From the NCBI GenBank assembly GCA_963714015.1, contig OY970223.1, forward strand, positions 1,376,001-1,440,000: a DNA stretch of 64,000 bases. Direction: 5' to 3'. Below, in pieces: positions 20,898 through 30,063 of this stretch. The notes beneath the pieces were generated by a model. It had not been told where the DNA came from. It searched no databases and saw nothing but the letters and a program-made list of their open reading frames with translations. Within the stretch, counting starts at the first letter, position 1, and every line of letters starts with the position of its first letter. This DNA comes from Vulcanimicrobiota bacterium. Lineage in GTDB: Bacteria > Vulcanimicrobiota > Vulcanimicrobiia > Vulcanimicrobiales > Vulcanimicrobiaceae. A program made the position numbers and the translations under genes.

Positions 20898-22084
20898 GCG
20901 CGGAGCGCCTCTATGGGATCCATGTTGGCCGCTCGCCACGCGGGATACAACCCGAAGATCATGCCCACTGCTCCGGAAAACGCGATCGCCAGCGAAACGA
21001 TCAGCACGTAAGGAATGATCACCTTACCAATCGTGGCGCTGATGTAGCTTGCGCCGCCGATGGTGATCAGCAAGCCCACGAGCATCCCCGTACCGCCGCC
21101 CGCGAATGCAAGCAGCACGGCCTCCATCAGAAACTGCAGTGCGATGTCATTGCGGCTCGCGCCGATCGACTTGCGCAAACCGATCTCGTGCGTACGTTCG
21201 GTAACGGAAACGAGCATGATGTTCATGATGCCGATGCCCGCCACGACGAGCGCAACGCCGCCGATCGCCGCAAGACCCGTGCCGATGATGGCCAGCACGT
21301 TTTCAAAGGTTTGAATCTGGGCCGCGCCGTTTTGTACGAAGTACTGCGCCCGGGGACCATGGATGTGCTGCAGCGCCTTGCGCGTGGCCGCGATCACTTC
21401 GTCGGCTTGCGAGGCGGAGGCGGGGTAGACCAAGAGATTGTCGATCGGGCCGGGGTCCAGATGATGCATTGCGGAGTACGGGATGGCCACAGTGTTCGAT
21501 CCGGCGAACGTGTTGAAGAACGAACCGCTCAGCGGTGAGTAGACGCCGATGACGGTAAAGCGGCTGCCGTTGATCGTCACCTCTTTACCGTAGGCCGACG
21601 TGCTGCCGAACAGAGCCTTCTCGACGTCGGGCGTCAACAGACAAACGTGAGCCGCCGCGTCGACGTCGTCAAGGTTGATGTGCCGGCCCTCGTTGAGTGC
21701 TGCGGTGTCGTATTGATCGCCGTCGGACTGAACGGATTCGTAAGCTTGTTTGTTGCCGAATCGCACGAGCCAATTGCGGCTGGCGTAGGGCATTACATAA
21801 GTTACCAGCGAACCGAGTTCCGCTCTGACTTCGGATGCGTCGCGGTATTGTATCTGGGCTTGATCCGGATAATCCTGAGTCGGATCGACCAGCGCCACTA
21901 TTGGGAGCTGCCCGAACGACGTGAAAGTGGCCGCGATGCCGCTCGTCGCACCGCGGCTTATGCCGAAGACGCCGATGATCGACGCCGTGCCGATGATCAT
22001 GCCGAGCGTGGTTAAGATGGAACGCGTGCGATTGCGCCAGAGCGCGCCCGCCGCTTCTCCCGCGTATGCGAGCAGACGCGTCAC
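20894..22084 (-). CDS. MacB/YknZ-like ABC permease (second paralog)
   Basis: [40 protein letters not shown]. Confidence 0.93.
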   Translation of the reverse strand: MTRLLAYAGEAAGALWRNRTRSILTTLGMIIGTASIIGVFGISRGATSGIAATFTSFGQLPIVALVDPTQDYPDQAQIQYRDASEVRAELGSLVTYVMPYASRNWLVRFGNKQAYESVQSDGDQYDTAALNEGRHINLDDVDAAAHVCLLTPDVEKALFGSTSAYGKEVTINGSRFTVIGVYSPLSGSFFNTFAGSNTVAIPYSAMHHLDPGPIDNLLVYPASASQADEVIAATRKALQHIHGPRAQYFVQNGAAQIQTFENVLAIIGTGLAAIGGVALVVAGIGIMNIMLVSVTERTHEIGLRKSIGASRNDIALQFLMEAVLLAFAGGGTGMLVGLLITIGGASYISATIGKVIIPYVLIVSLAIAFSGAVGMIFGLYPAWRAANMDPIEALRA

Positions 22085-23376
22085 GTCGCGCTGGGCATCG
22101 GCGACGGCGAGGCTATCGTCACCGGCTCTTTGTCCTGTAATCCCGGGGTCTTTTGGGAGACGATTATCTCGCCCGGTGCAAGCCCGGACTCGATCGTCGT
22201 CTGCGTGTCGTTCGATTTGCCGGTCGTGACGGGAATCTTGTGGGCGACGCCCTTACGGACGAGGAAAACATAGCTCTTGCCGTTTTGCGTGACCAGCGCA
22301 TCGCTCGGAACCAGCAGCGAGTTCTTGACGTCGGCGGTGAGAATGTCGACGTCCACGGTCATTCCGTCTCGCAAATATGCGGGCGACGCGTCGAGAGCAA
22401 TCGTCGTAAGCACTTGCTTTGCAGTGCTCGACGTGTCGGTCGACTTCGTCGCGATTGGAGAAATTGCCGCGACGCGGCCGTCGATATTTTTGCCGGGAAA
22501 ATCTTCACCGGAGACGATCGCGGGTTGTCCCGCGTGCACGTTGATGATGTCTTGTTCGTCGACCTCGGCTTTGACGATGTAGCTTCTGCTCTCGGCAATC
22601 GTGAACAGCGCCTGACCGGCCGTGACCGGATCGCCCGGGCGAAGGTCGGTGAGCGGGTCACTGGGCTGCGTCGCAACGGATTGAATGACGCCGTCGAAAG
22701 GCGCAGTGATGCGCGTGAAGCCGAGCTGCTGCTGGTTCGCCTCGTTCACGAGAGCCATTTTCTTGGCGGTCGCTTGCGCGACGTCGACGCTGCTTTCCGC
22801 GCTGAAGCCGGTGACCGCTCCGAGGCGCAGTTGACGGACCGCCTGATCGTACGCGACTTGCGCCTGATCGAGTTTGGCCTTGTCGACGTCCAGAGTGTTT
22901 TGCGGAATCGCTTTGTTGGCAAGCAGCGCAACGTCCGCGTTGTAGACGCGTCGCGCTTCGTCCAAATTTGATTTGGCCGTCTGAACGCCCGCCTCGTACG
23001 TTACGCGCGCGTCCTGCGAATTGGTCTTGGCCGTTTGGATGCTGGCCTCGGCCTGATCGTAGTCCGCTTGCGAACTTGCGGCGTTCTGTTCGAGTGTCGG
23101 ATTATCGACTGTCGCAAGAAGCTCGCCCGCATAGACTGTCTGCCCTTCGTGCGCATAGATGTTGCCGAGGTTTCCGGCGACCAGCGTGGGGATTGTCGCG
23201 GTCCGCGGACGCTGCACGATGCCGTTTTCGGGCAATTTGGTTTCAAAATCGGAACGCTTGAGCGTTATCGTCTGAACCGAAATGCTGGGCGCGTCGCTAT
23301 GGTTGGACACCTTGGCGATCACCAATATCACGGCAAGAGCGGCCAGGATTCCGACGAAAACTAAGATTCGTTTCAT
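22081..23376 (-). CDS. Efflux periplasmic adaptor subunit (MacA/YknX-like)
   Basis: N-terminal anchor, lipoyl halves (EGQTVYAGELL, ITAPFDGVI), VDEQDI. Confidence 0.9.
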   Translation of the reverse strand: MKRILVFVGILAALAVILVIAKVSNHSDAPSISVQTITLKRSDFETKLPENGIVQRPRTATIPTLVAGNLGNIYAHEGQTVYAGELLATVDNPTLEQNAASSQADYDQAEASIQTAKTNSQDARVTYEAGVQTAKSNLDEARRVYNADVALLANKAIPQNTLDVDKAKLDQAQVAYDQAVRQLRLGAVTGFSAESSVDVAQATAKKMALVNEANQQQLGFTRITAPFDGVIQSVATQPSDPLTDLRPGDPVTAGQALFTIAESRSYIVKAEVDEQDIINVHAGQPAIVSGEDFPGKNIDGRVAAISPIATKSTDTSSTAKQVLTTIALDASPAYLRDGMTVDVDILTADVKNSLLVPSDALVTQNGKSYVFLVRKGVAHKIPVTTGKSNDTQTTIESGLAPGEIIVSQKTPGLQDKEPVTIASPSPMPSAT

Positions 23377-23383
23377 GCGCTAC

Positions 23384-24688
23384 CTATATGTCCGCGACGG
23401 CTGAATGAGGGTCGTAGATGCCCAGCGCCACTCGCAACTTCACGATTGCGTCGGCGTACGCTGCCCGGGCGGTGTATAAGTCGGTCTGCGCCGAAAGGGC
23501 GGACTGCTGACGCTGCTGCACGTCGACCAGCGTGATGATGCCGTGTTCATACTGCAGTTCGGCGACCCGCGCGGCTTCTAAAGCGTAGCGATTCTCGTCT
23601 TGCGCCGATGCGAGCTGCGCGAGAGCGGTTTGGGCTGCCCGGTACTGCTGTCGAACGTCGAGCTCGACTTGGCCCCGCGTCGAGTTCAACGTGATTTGCG
23701 CCGCGGCGATCTGATCGTTCAAGTTTCGATGATTTGCCGCGCGCGTGCCCCAGTCGAGAATCGGCAGCGAGATCGTCGAGGTTACGCCGAGCAGCCAGTA
23801 GCCGGGCGTTCCGCGCGGAACGAAGACTCCTTGCGCGGCCAACTGACCCGGGAGCGTCGGTGAGAACTGGTTGCCGATCTGCGCGAATGTTTGAATCTGC
23901 GGAAGAATATCCGTGTCCGCAGAGCGCCGGTTCGTCCGCGCAATCTGCACGCTGTCGAATGCCGAGGCGACCTCGGGCCGGTTAGACTTTGCAACCTCAA
24001 TCAGTTTGTCCAAAGGCTGCGAAGGCAGCGCGGGCTGCGGAACGGTCTGCGGAACGTTGAACTGCGTTTCGAGCGGAGCGCCTACGTCTTGCGCCAGCGA
24101 TTCGCGGGCATTTTCACTATCTGCCTCGGCGGCCTCGAGCGTGTAGCGCCCGCTTTCCTGCGCTGCGAGCGCGCTTAGAACATCCACGCCCGCCGCCATG
24201 CCTTCACGCTCCTTGGCTTGCGCGACCTGCAGCAGAACCTGCTGGTACTTCAAGTTGCCTTCGTCCACCCGGACCGCTTCCCGTTTATTTGCCAGATTGA
24301 AGAATGCGTCGGAGACGGTGTCCGTTACCTGTTCCTGGGCCTGAGCCAGATTGGCTTTGGCTTGATCGAGCTGCTGCTTGGCCAAGAGTTCTTGAAAGAA
24401 CGCAAGTCCGCCGTTGAACGTGTACGTCGTGCCCAGCGACGCGCTGTTCTGCGAGAAGACTGAAGCTTGCGGCACGCCGATGATGGAATAGCTGGAGTAG
24501 TTCTCCGACTTCTGCATTTGGTTCTGCAACTGTCCGGTGACGCCGGGGAGCGTTTGCGCTCGCTGCTTGACGTACTGCGATTGAGCTTGCGATACGAGAG
24601 CCCGCTGCTGTGCGACCGTTCCGCTATGGCCCATAGCGTAGTCTATCGCTTGCGCAAGCGTCAGCGCGGCGGCGAGAACGACCTGCAT
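23384..24688 (-). CDS. TolC family outer membrane efflux protein
   Basis: LTLAQAIDYA, Q/A-rich coiled coils, NRPEV, SLPILDWG, YEHG pattern. Confidence 0.85.
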   Translation of the reverse strand: MQVVLAAALTLAQAIDYAMGHSGTVAQQRALVSQAQSQYVKQRAQTLPGVTGQLQNQMQKSENYSSYSIIGVPQASVFSQNSASLGTTYTFNGGLAFFQELLAKQQLDQAKANLAQAQEQVTDTVSDAFFNLANKREAVRVDEGNLKYQQVLLQVAQAKEREGMAAGVDVLSALAAQESGRYTLEAAEADSENARESLAQDVGAPLETQFNVPQTVPQPALPSQPLDKLIEVAKSNRPEVASAFDSVQIARTNRRSADTDILPQIQTFAQIGNQFSPTLPGQLAAQGVFVPRGTPGYWLLGVTSTISLPILDWGTRAANHRNLNDQIAAAQITLNSTRGQVELDVRQQYRAAQTALAQLASAQDENRYALEAARVAELQYEHGIITLVDVQQRQQSALSAQTDLYTARAAYADAIVKLRVALGIYDPHSAVADI

Positions 24689-24691
24689 TCG

Positions 24692-25420
24692 TCAGCGGGC
24701 GCCAAGGGAGATCAGCAGGCCGCTTATGACCAGCACGGTCAAGCCGCAAATCGATCCCGTGACTTTCGAGGTCCGGGCAACGTAGATCATCGCCATAGCA
24801 ATGAGCACCGCCGACCATATGCCCGTAACGCTGAAGGCAGCGAGGAACGCCGTGGCTTTTATCGAGGCGTGCGGAACCAGCCAAGCGAGGCTGGGAATCG
24901 CGCGGTATGCGTCCGCGGTGGAGTTGTAACTTGCCGCTCCCCGGACCAGCGCGATCAATCCGTTCAGTATGGAGTAGACGCCCAGCGATACGACGGCGAT
25001 GTTCATTGCCGCGCACCAAAGCTGCTTGAACCCGGCATCGCCGCGGCCGATGGCTTTGAAAATCAGCATCACGATGGTCGTGACGAGCGCGCCCAAGAAG
25101 ATGTAGATGATGGAGAAAATCCATGCCCATTTGGTAAAGCCGAGGATGCCGTTCAGGTAGCGCTGCTGCTGATCCGGCGTGAGTCCGGCGAGACCGGGGT
25201 TCGAGGCGACCATCGCGGGCCACCCGCCCTGCAGCGCGTGGATGGTCGCGGGCGTCGAAAGATATTGCCCGATACACGAAAGGACCGCGGCAATTACAAA
25301 TGCCCAGCCCCACATCGGCGCGATGCGAAGCGTTTCAAAAGCCTCACGCGGCGCGGCGACTACGTTCAGAGCGGTTACCGCGCCGTTCGCGCGCGGAGCC
25401 GCCGGTGTAGAAACGCTCAT
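24692..25420 (-). CDS. Yip1/YknW-like membrane protein
   Basis: N-terminal APREAFETL motif and about five TM helices; first gene of the efflux operon. Confidence 0.7.
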   Translation of the reverse strand: MSVSTPAAPRANGAVTALNVVAAPREAFETLRIAPMWGWAFVIAAVLSCIGQYLSTPATIHALQGGWPAMVASNPGLAGLTPDQQQRYLNGILGFTKWAWIFSIIYIFLGALVTTIVMLIFKAIGRGDAGFKQLWCAAMNIAVVSLGVYSILNGLIALVRGAASYNSTADAYRAIPSLAWLVPHASIKATAFLAAFSVTGIWSAVLIAMAMIYVARTSKVTGSICGLTVLVISGLLISLGAR

Positions 25421-25464
25421 CTCTCCATCCTCCTAACTCACGAAAGCAAGCATGCCGCCCGTAC

Positions 25465-25491
25465 TACGGACGGCAACGGAGGATTGTTTCA
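25465..25491 (-). promoter_or_regulatory. Candidate SigW-like ECF promoter for the efflux operon
   Basis: Minus strand TGAAAC-N17-CGTA. Confidence 0.6.
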
Positions 25492-25517
25492 ACGGGCGCA
25501 GGCGGGCGCGCCTTCAG

Positions 25518-25781
25518 CTACACTTTAAGGATTTGATCGACGGGCAAGCGCTGCTCGATAGCGCGGCGGACGCGTTCCAGGTGCTCGCTGCGCAATTCGA
25601 GCATCTCCAGCTGAAAGATGATTTTCGCGCGGCGCAGTGCTCGGGCGGAGTAGAGGTCCGAAGCGCTGCGAACGGCGGCGGACACGCGAGTCTTCGCGTG
25701 ATGTGCCGGCTTGGCCGCGGCGGCGGCGAAGGCCGCCAGAGCCAAGGTCAGCGCGACGGCGGTGCGGTAACGGAGAGGCAT
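25518..25781 (-). CDS. Small hypothetical secreted protein
   Basis: Signal-like N-terminus and helical C-terminus; fills the gap before rnj. Confidence 0.5.
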   Translation of the reverse strand: MPLRYRTAVALTLALAAFAAAAAKPAHHAKTRVSAAVRSASDLYSARALRRAKIIFQLEMLELRSEHLERVRRAIEQRLPVDQILKV

Positions 25782-25816
25782 GCCGTTCGTTCACGCCCCT
25801 TCCCGTTTGCGTCAAG

Positions 25817-27520
25817 ATGCGTAGCCCGGCGCCGGGCGCCCTTGTCGTCCCCGAGCCGCCCGCCGAGCCGTACCTCCGGATAGTCCCCCTGGGCGGCTGC
25901 GGCGAGATCGGCCGGAACATGACCCTGTTCGAGACGCACGACGACATCGTCGCGGTGGACTGCGGCTTGATGTTCCCCGACGAAGAGATGTACGGCGTCG
26001 ACGTCGTCATCAACGATTTCACGTATCTGCGCGAACGCCGTGAGAAGTTCCGCGCGGTGCTCGTGACGCACGGCCACGAAGATCACATCGGCGGCATACC
26101 GTACCTGCTGCGCGAGTTCAACGTGCCGCTCGTCGGAACGCCGCTCACGAACGCCCTCATAAAGGCCAAGTCGCGCGATCACAAGATGATGGGCGAGGCG
26201 ACGTTCGTCACGGTGCAGCCGGGAGAACGCGTGCGCTACGGAGGCATCGAGGCGGAGTTCATCCACATCAACCACTCGGTTTCGGGGGCTTGCTCGCTGG
26301 CTCTGCGCACGCCGGTAGGAACGATTTTTCATACCGGGGATTTCAAGTTCGACCAAACGCCGATCGACGGAAAGCCCGCCGACTTCGCCGCGATCGCGCG
26401 CGTAGGCGACGAAGGCGTGCTCTGCATGCTCTCCGACAGCACGAACGCCGAACGTCCCGGACATACGCTCTCCGAACGCGTCGTCGGCGAGGCGTTTACG
26501 AACGTCTTCTCGCACGCGAAGGGCCGGATCATCGTTGCGTCATTCGCCTCCAACGTGCCGCGAATCCAGCAAGTGATCGACCACGCGATTCAATTCGATC
26601 GGAAGATTGCGTTTTTGGGCCGCTCGCTGATGAACGTCGTGCATTTTGCGTCCGAGCTCGGCTATCTGCGCGTGCCGGGCGAGCGCACGATCCGGATCGA
26701 ACAGGTCGACGAGTTTCCGCCCGAACAGATCGTCGTGATGACGACCGGATCGCAGGGAGAGCCGATGAGCGCGCTTACGCGCATGTCGGTGCGCGATCAC
26801 GCCAAATTCAAGATCGTTCCGGGCGATACCGTCGTCATCAGCGCCACGCCGATTCCCGGAAATGAAAAAGGCGTGTACAAGACGATTAACAATTTGTACC
26901 GGCTCGGCGCCACGGTCGTTCATGGCACCGATGGACGCTCGCACGTCTCGGGGCATGCCTCGCAAGAGGAGCTCTTGCTGATGCTCAACCTCGTGCGGCC
27001 GGAATTCTTCATGCCGCTGCACGGCGAGTATCGCATGCTGGTGCAGCACGGCAAACTTGCGGCGCGCACCGGAGTGGACCCGCAGAACGTCTTCATCGTC
27101 GAAAACGGGGACGTGCTCGAATTCACCGCGGAATACGGCGACAAGATCGGTAAAACGTACGGCGGCCACGTCTTCGTCGACGGATCCAGCGTCGGCGACG
27201 TCGGCGAGGCGGTGCTGCGCGATCGGCGCCTGCTGGCGGCCGACGGTTTCATGATGGTCGTGGTAACGATCGACAGTGAAGAGGCCAGGGTCATTGCGGG
27301 CCCCGACCTGATCTCGCGCGGCGTCTTCTACGTTCCCGATTCGGACGGCGTCATGGATGAACTGCGCGCCCATCTCGTAATGCTGATCGAAGAAGTCTCG
27401 GTCGAAGGGCTTCGCGACGTCAACACGGTCAAGGAGCATATTCGCAACGGACTTTCCAAGGCAATCCACGCGCGCTACAAGCGCCGTCCGGTCATCGTGC
27501 CCGTCGTCATGGAGGTTTAG
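25817..27520 (+). CDS. rnj: Ribonuclease J
   Basis: PLGGCGEIGRNM, THGHEDHIG, HTGDFKFD, SDSTNAE, HVSGHAS. Confidence 0.95.
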   Translation: MRSPAPGALVVPEPPAEPYLRIVPLGGCGEIGRNMTLFETHDDIVAVDCGLMFPDEEMYGVDVVINDFTYLRERREKFRAVLVTHGHEDHIGGIPYLLREFNVPLVGTPLTNALIKAKSRDHKMMGEATFVTVQPGERVRYGGIEAEFIHINHSVSGACSLALRTPVGTIFHTGDFKFDQTPIDGKPADFAAIARVGDEGVLCMLSDSTNAERPGHTLSERVVGEAFTNVFSHAKGRIIVASFASNVPRIQQVIDHAIQFDRKIAFLGRSLMNVVHFASELGYLRVPGERTIRIEQVDEFPPEQIVVMTTGSQGEPMSALTRMSVRDHAKFKIVPGDTVVISATPIPGNEKGVYKTINNLYRLGATVVHGTDGRSHVSGHASQEELLLMLNLVRPEFFMPLHGEYRMLVQHGKLAARTGVDPQNVFIVENGDVLEFTAEYGDKIGKTYGGHVFVDGSSVGDVGEAVLRDRRLLAADGFMMVVVTIDSEEARVIAGPDLISRGVFYVPDSDGVMDELRAHLVMLIEEVSVEGLRDVNTVKEHIRNGLSKAIHARYKRRPVIVPVVMEV

Positions 27521-27522
27521 TT

Positions 27523-27831
27523 ATGCCGAAAACCACGCGCAAGTCGTTTCTGGCGGCGGCCGCGTCCGGTGCGCTGATAGCGGCTGCGCCGCCGTCGGCG
27601 CAGCCGTCGGGTTCGCCCTCACCTTCTCCGAAACCGCAGAAAGTATCGCAAGCAGCGCGGGCGCTTGCGGCTTCGATGCGCAAATTCGATCCGCAATTGA
27701 GCGATAAGGCGTTGGATAGAATCGCCGAAAACATCGACGGCAACCTGAAGATCGGCAACAGCATCAATCCAAAAGGCACGAAACTCAAGAACTGGGACGA
27801 ACCGGCGACGACGTTCGAGGCCACCGTATGA
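27523..27831 (+). CDS. Small protein with Tat-like signal, translationally coupled to the amidase
   Basis: TRKSFL motif, hydrophobic stretch, Pro/Ser linker, C-terminal DEPATTF; ATGA overlap with the amidase. Confidence 0.65.
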   Translation: MPKTTRKSFLAAAASGALIAAAPPSAQPSGSPSPSPKPQKVSQAARALAASMRKFDPQLSDKALDRIAENIDGNLKIGNSINPKGTKLKNWDEPATTFEATV

Positions 27832-29228
27832 CCGAAGATCAAATCGCGTTTTCGGACGCGATCGAGCTCGGTCAACTCGTTGCAAAAAAATCCGTATCGT
27901 CCGTCGAACTGACGAATCTCTATCTGAAAAGGCTGGAGAAGTACGGACACGTGTACGGGGCCGTCGTGACGATCATGCACGATCGCGGCTTACGAGAGGC
28001 GCGTGCTGCCGACAAAGATCTCGCCGCCGGCAACCGGCGCAGTGCGCTGCACGGCGTTCCCTACGGAATCAAGGATTTGATGGCCGCGGTGGGAGCGCCG
28101 ACGACTTGGGGCGCCGCACCGTACCGCAACCAAGTGTTCGATTACGATGCGACCGTCGTCAAACGCCTGCAATCGGCAGGGGCGGTACTCTGCGCGAAAC
28201 TCGCGATGGTGGAGCTCGCCGGCGGATTCGGTTACAACGAAGCCGACGCGTCGTTCACCGGACCGGGGCGTACGCCGTGGAACCGGAATTTTTGGAGCGG
28301 CGGATCGTCCAGCGGTCCCGGAGCTGCAACGGCCGCCGGCCTCGTCGGCTTTTCGATCGGCTCCGAAACGAACGGATCGATCATGAACCCGTCGGCGTTT
28401 TGCGGCGTCTCCGGTTTGCGCCCGACGTACGGACGGGTCAGCCGCCACGGCGCGATGGCGCTGATGTGGACGTCCGACAAACTGGGTCCGATCTGCCGGT
28501 CCGCGCGTGACGCCGAGACGTTGCTGCGCATTATTGCGGGACACGATCCGAACGACCGCACGTCGATGGACAAGCCGTTTCCCACGATTCCCACACGCCG
28601 TCCCAAGGTCGGCGTCGTGAAGGACGCAGCGGCGAAGACTCAGCCGGAAGTCGTCGCCAATTTCGAAGCTTCGCTCTCGGTTCTGCGGCAGTTTTGCGAC
28701 GTTACCCCGGTCGTTGCGCTTCCGAAAGGCGACTATACCGACGTCTTTACGGCGATCTTCAACGGCGAATGCGCGTCGGCGTTTCGTGATTTGATCGAAA
28801 GCGGCCGAGCCCGAGAGCTGCAGTCGCCGTCGGACAAACTCGGCGGCTACGCCGTGTACGGTTCGCTGGCCGTCGATTACGTCGACGGTATGCGCTTGCG
28901 CGGACTGCTCAATGAGGGTGTGGTCCGGGCGATGGAGCCTTACGATGCGCTCGTGCATCCGTCGCAGTCGACCGTGGCGCTGCCGATCGATCTGCCCTTC
29001 GACAAGGCGTATCCGAAGTATCCGGGCGTCGTCGACATGGGAAGTATCGGCAATCTGCCCGGGCTGCCGTCGATCAATCTCCCCAATGGATTAGGAGAGA
29101 ATCATCTGCCGACCGGTCTTGCGCTGCTCGGAAAGTCGTGGGGAGAGATGCAGCTCACTCAGATCGCCAAAGCATATCAGGAGCGCACGGCATTTCACCT
29201 GCATCATCCTAGCCTTGTGACCAGCTGA
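27828..29228 (+). CDS. Amidase signature family protein
   Basis: LHGVPYGIKD, GGSSSG, GSETNGSI, GLRPTYGRVSR. Confidence 0.93.
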   Translation: MTEDQIAFSDAIELGQLVAKKSVSSVELTNLYLKRLEKYGHVYGAVVTIMHDRGLREARAADKDLAAGNRRSALHGVPYGIKDLMAAVGAPTTWGAAPYRNQVFDYDATVVKRLQSAGAVLCAKLAMVELAGGFGYNEADASFTGPGRTPWNRNFWSGGSSSGPGAATAAGLVGFSIGSETNGSIMNPSAFCGVSGLRPTYGRVSRHGAMALMWTSDKLGPICRSARDAETLLRIIAGHDPNDRTSMDKPFPTIPTRRPKVGVVKDAAAKTQPEVVANFEASLSVLRQFCDVTPVVALPKGDYTDVFTAIFNGECASAFRDLIESGRARELQSPSDKLGGYAVYGSLAVDYVDGMRLRGLLNEGVVRAMEPYDALVHPSQSTVALPIDLPFDKAYPKYPGVVDMGSIGNLPGLPSINLPNGLGENHLPTGLALLGKSWGEMQLTQIAKAYQERTAFHLHHPSLVTS

Positions 29229-29229
29229 G

Positions 29230-30063
29230 TTGGGCGTCGCCCTCGGTCTGCTGGCGGCGGCGTTCTACGGCGCCGCCGACTTTTTGGGCGCGCTTGCGAG
29301 TAAACGCGCGTCGGTGTTTTCCGTCGTCATCGTCGCGCAGCTGGTCGGATTTGCAGGCCTGTGCGCCGTGCTGCCGTTTTTTCCCGGGCATTTTACGCGC
29401 GCCGGAGCGTTGTACGGCGCTGCCGGCGGCATTTGCGGCGGTATCGGCATCGCGCTGCTTTACTACGCGCTTTCGATCGGAAAGATGGGCGTAGTCTCTC
29501 CGATTACCGCCGTGCTCGCAGCGGCCGTGCCGGTGTTCGTGGGCGTGTTTGCGCGCGGCGAGCACCTTACAGTTCTGAAATCCGCCGGAATCGCCGTCGC
29601 AATCGTTGCGATCGCACTGATCTCCCTCTCGCCGGCTGAGCGCGGCATGGGCTTTTCGAGCCGCGGCGTACCACAAGCCGTTGCTTCGGGCTTAACGCTG
29701 AGCGGGTTCTACGTTTTCTTGGCGCTTGCGGGCCGGAGCGCCGGCCTTTATCCGTTGCTCTGCGCGCGCTTGGCTTCAGCCGCGTTGCTTTTTGCGGGCG
29801 GCATCGTTCGCCGCAGCAATCTGAGACTTCAGCGAGATGTCCTGCGCGTCGTCATCTATGCCGGGATATTGGACATGGCGGCTAACGCGTTCTACGTGTA
29901 CGCTTCGTACGCCGGCTATCTGGCGATCGCCGCGGTGCTGACCTCGTTCTATCCCGGCGCGACGGTGTTCTTGGCGCGCTTCGTGATGGGCGAACGCCTC
30001 GCCGCGATTCAAAAAATCGGCGTGGTTCTCGCCCTCGCCGGCGTTGCTTTCATTGCTGCCTAA
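29230..30063 (+). CDS. EamA/DMT family transporter
   Basis: About ten TM helices in two repeats; YGAADF, GVVSPI, GERL. Confidence 0.88.
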   Translation: MGVALGLLAAAFYGAADFLGALASKRASVFSVVIVAQLVGFAGLCAVLPFFPGHFTRAGALYGAAGGICGGIGIALLYYALSIGKMGVVSPITAVLAAAVPVFVGVFARGEHLTVLKSAGIAVAIVAIALISLSPAERGMGFSSRGVPQAVASGLTLSGFYVFLALAGRSAGLYPLLCARLASAALLFAGGIVRRSNLRLQRDVLRVVIYAGILDMAANAFYVYASYAGYLAIAAVLTSFYPGATVFLARFVMGERLAAIQKIGVVLALAGVAFIAA

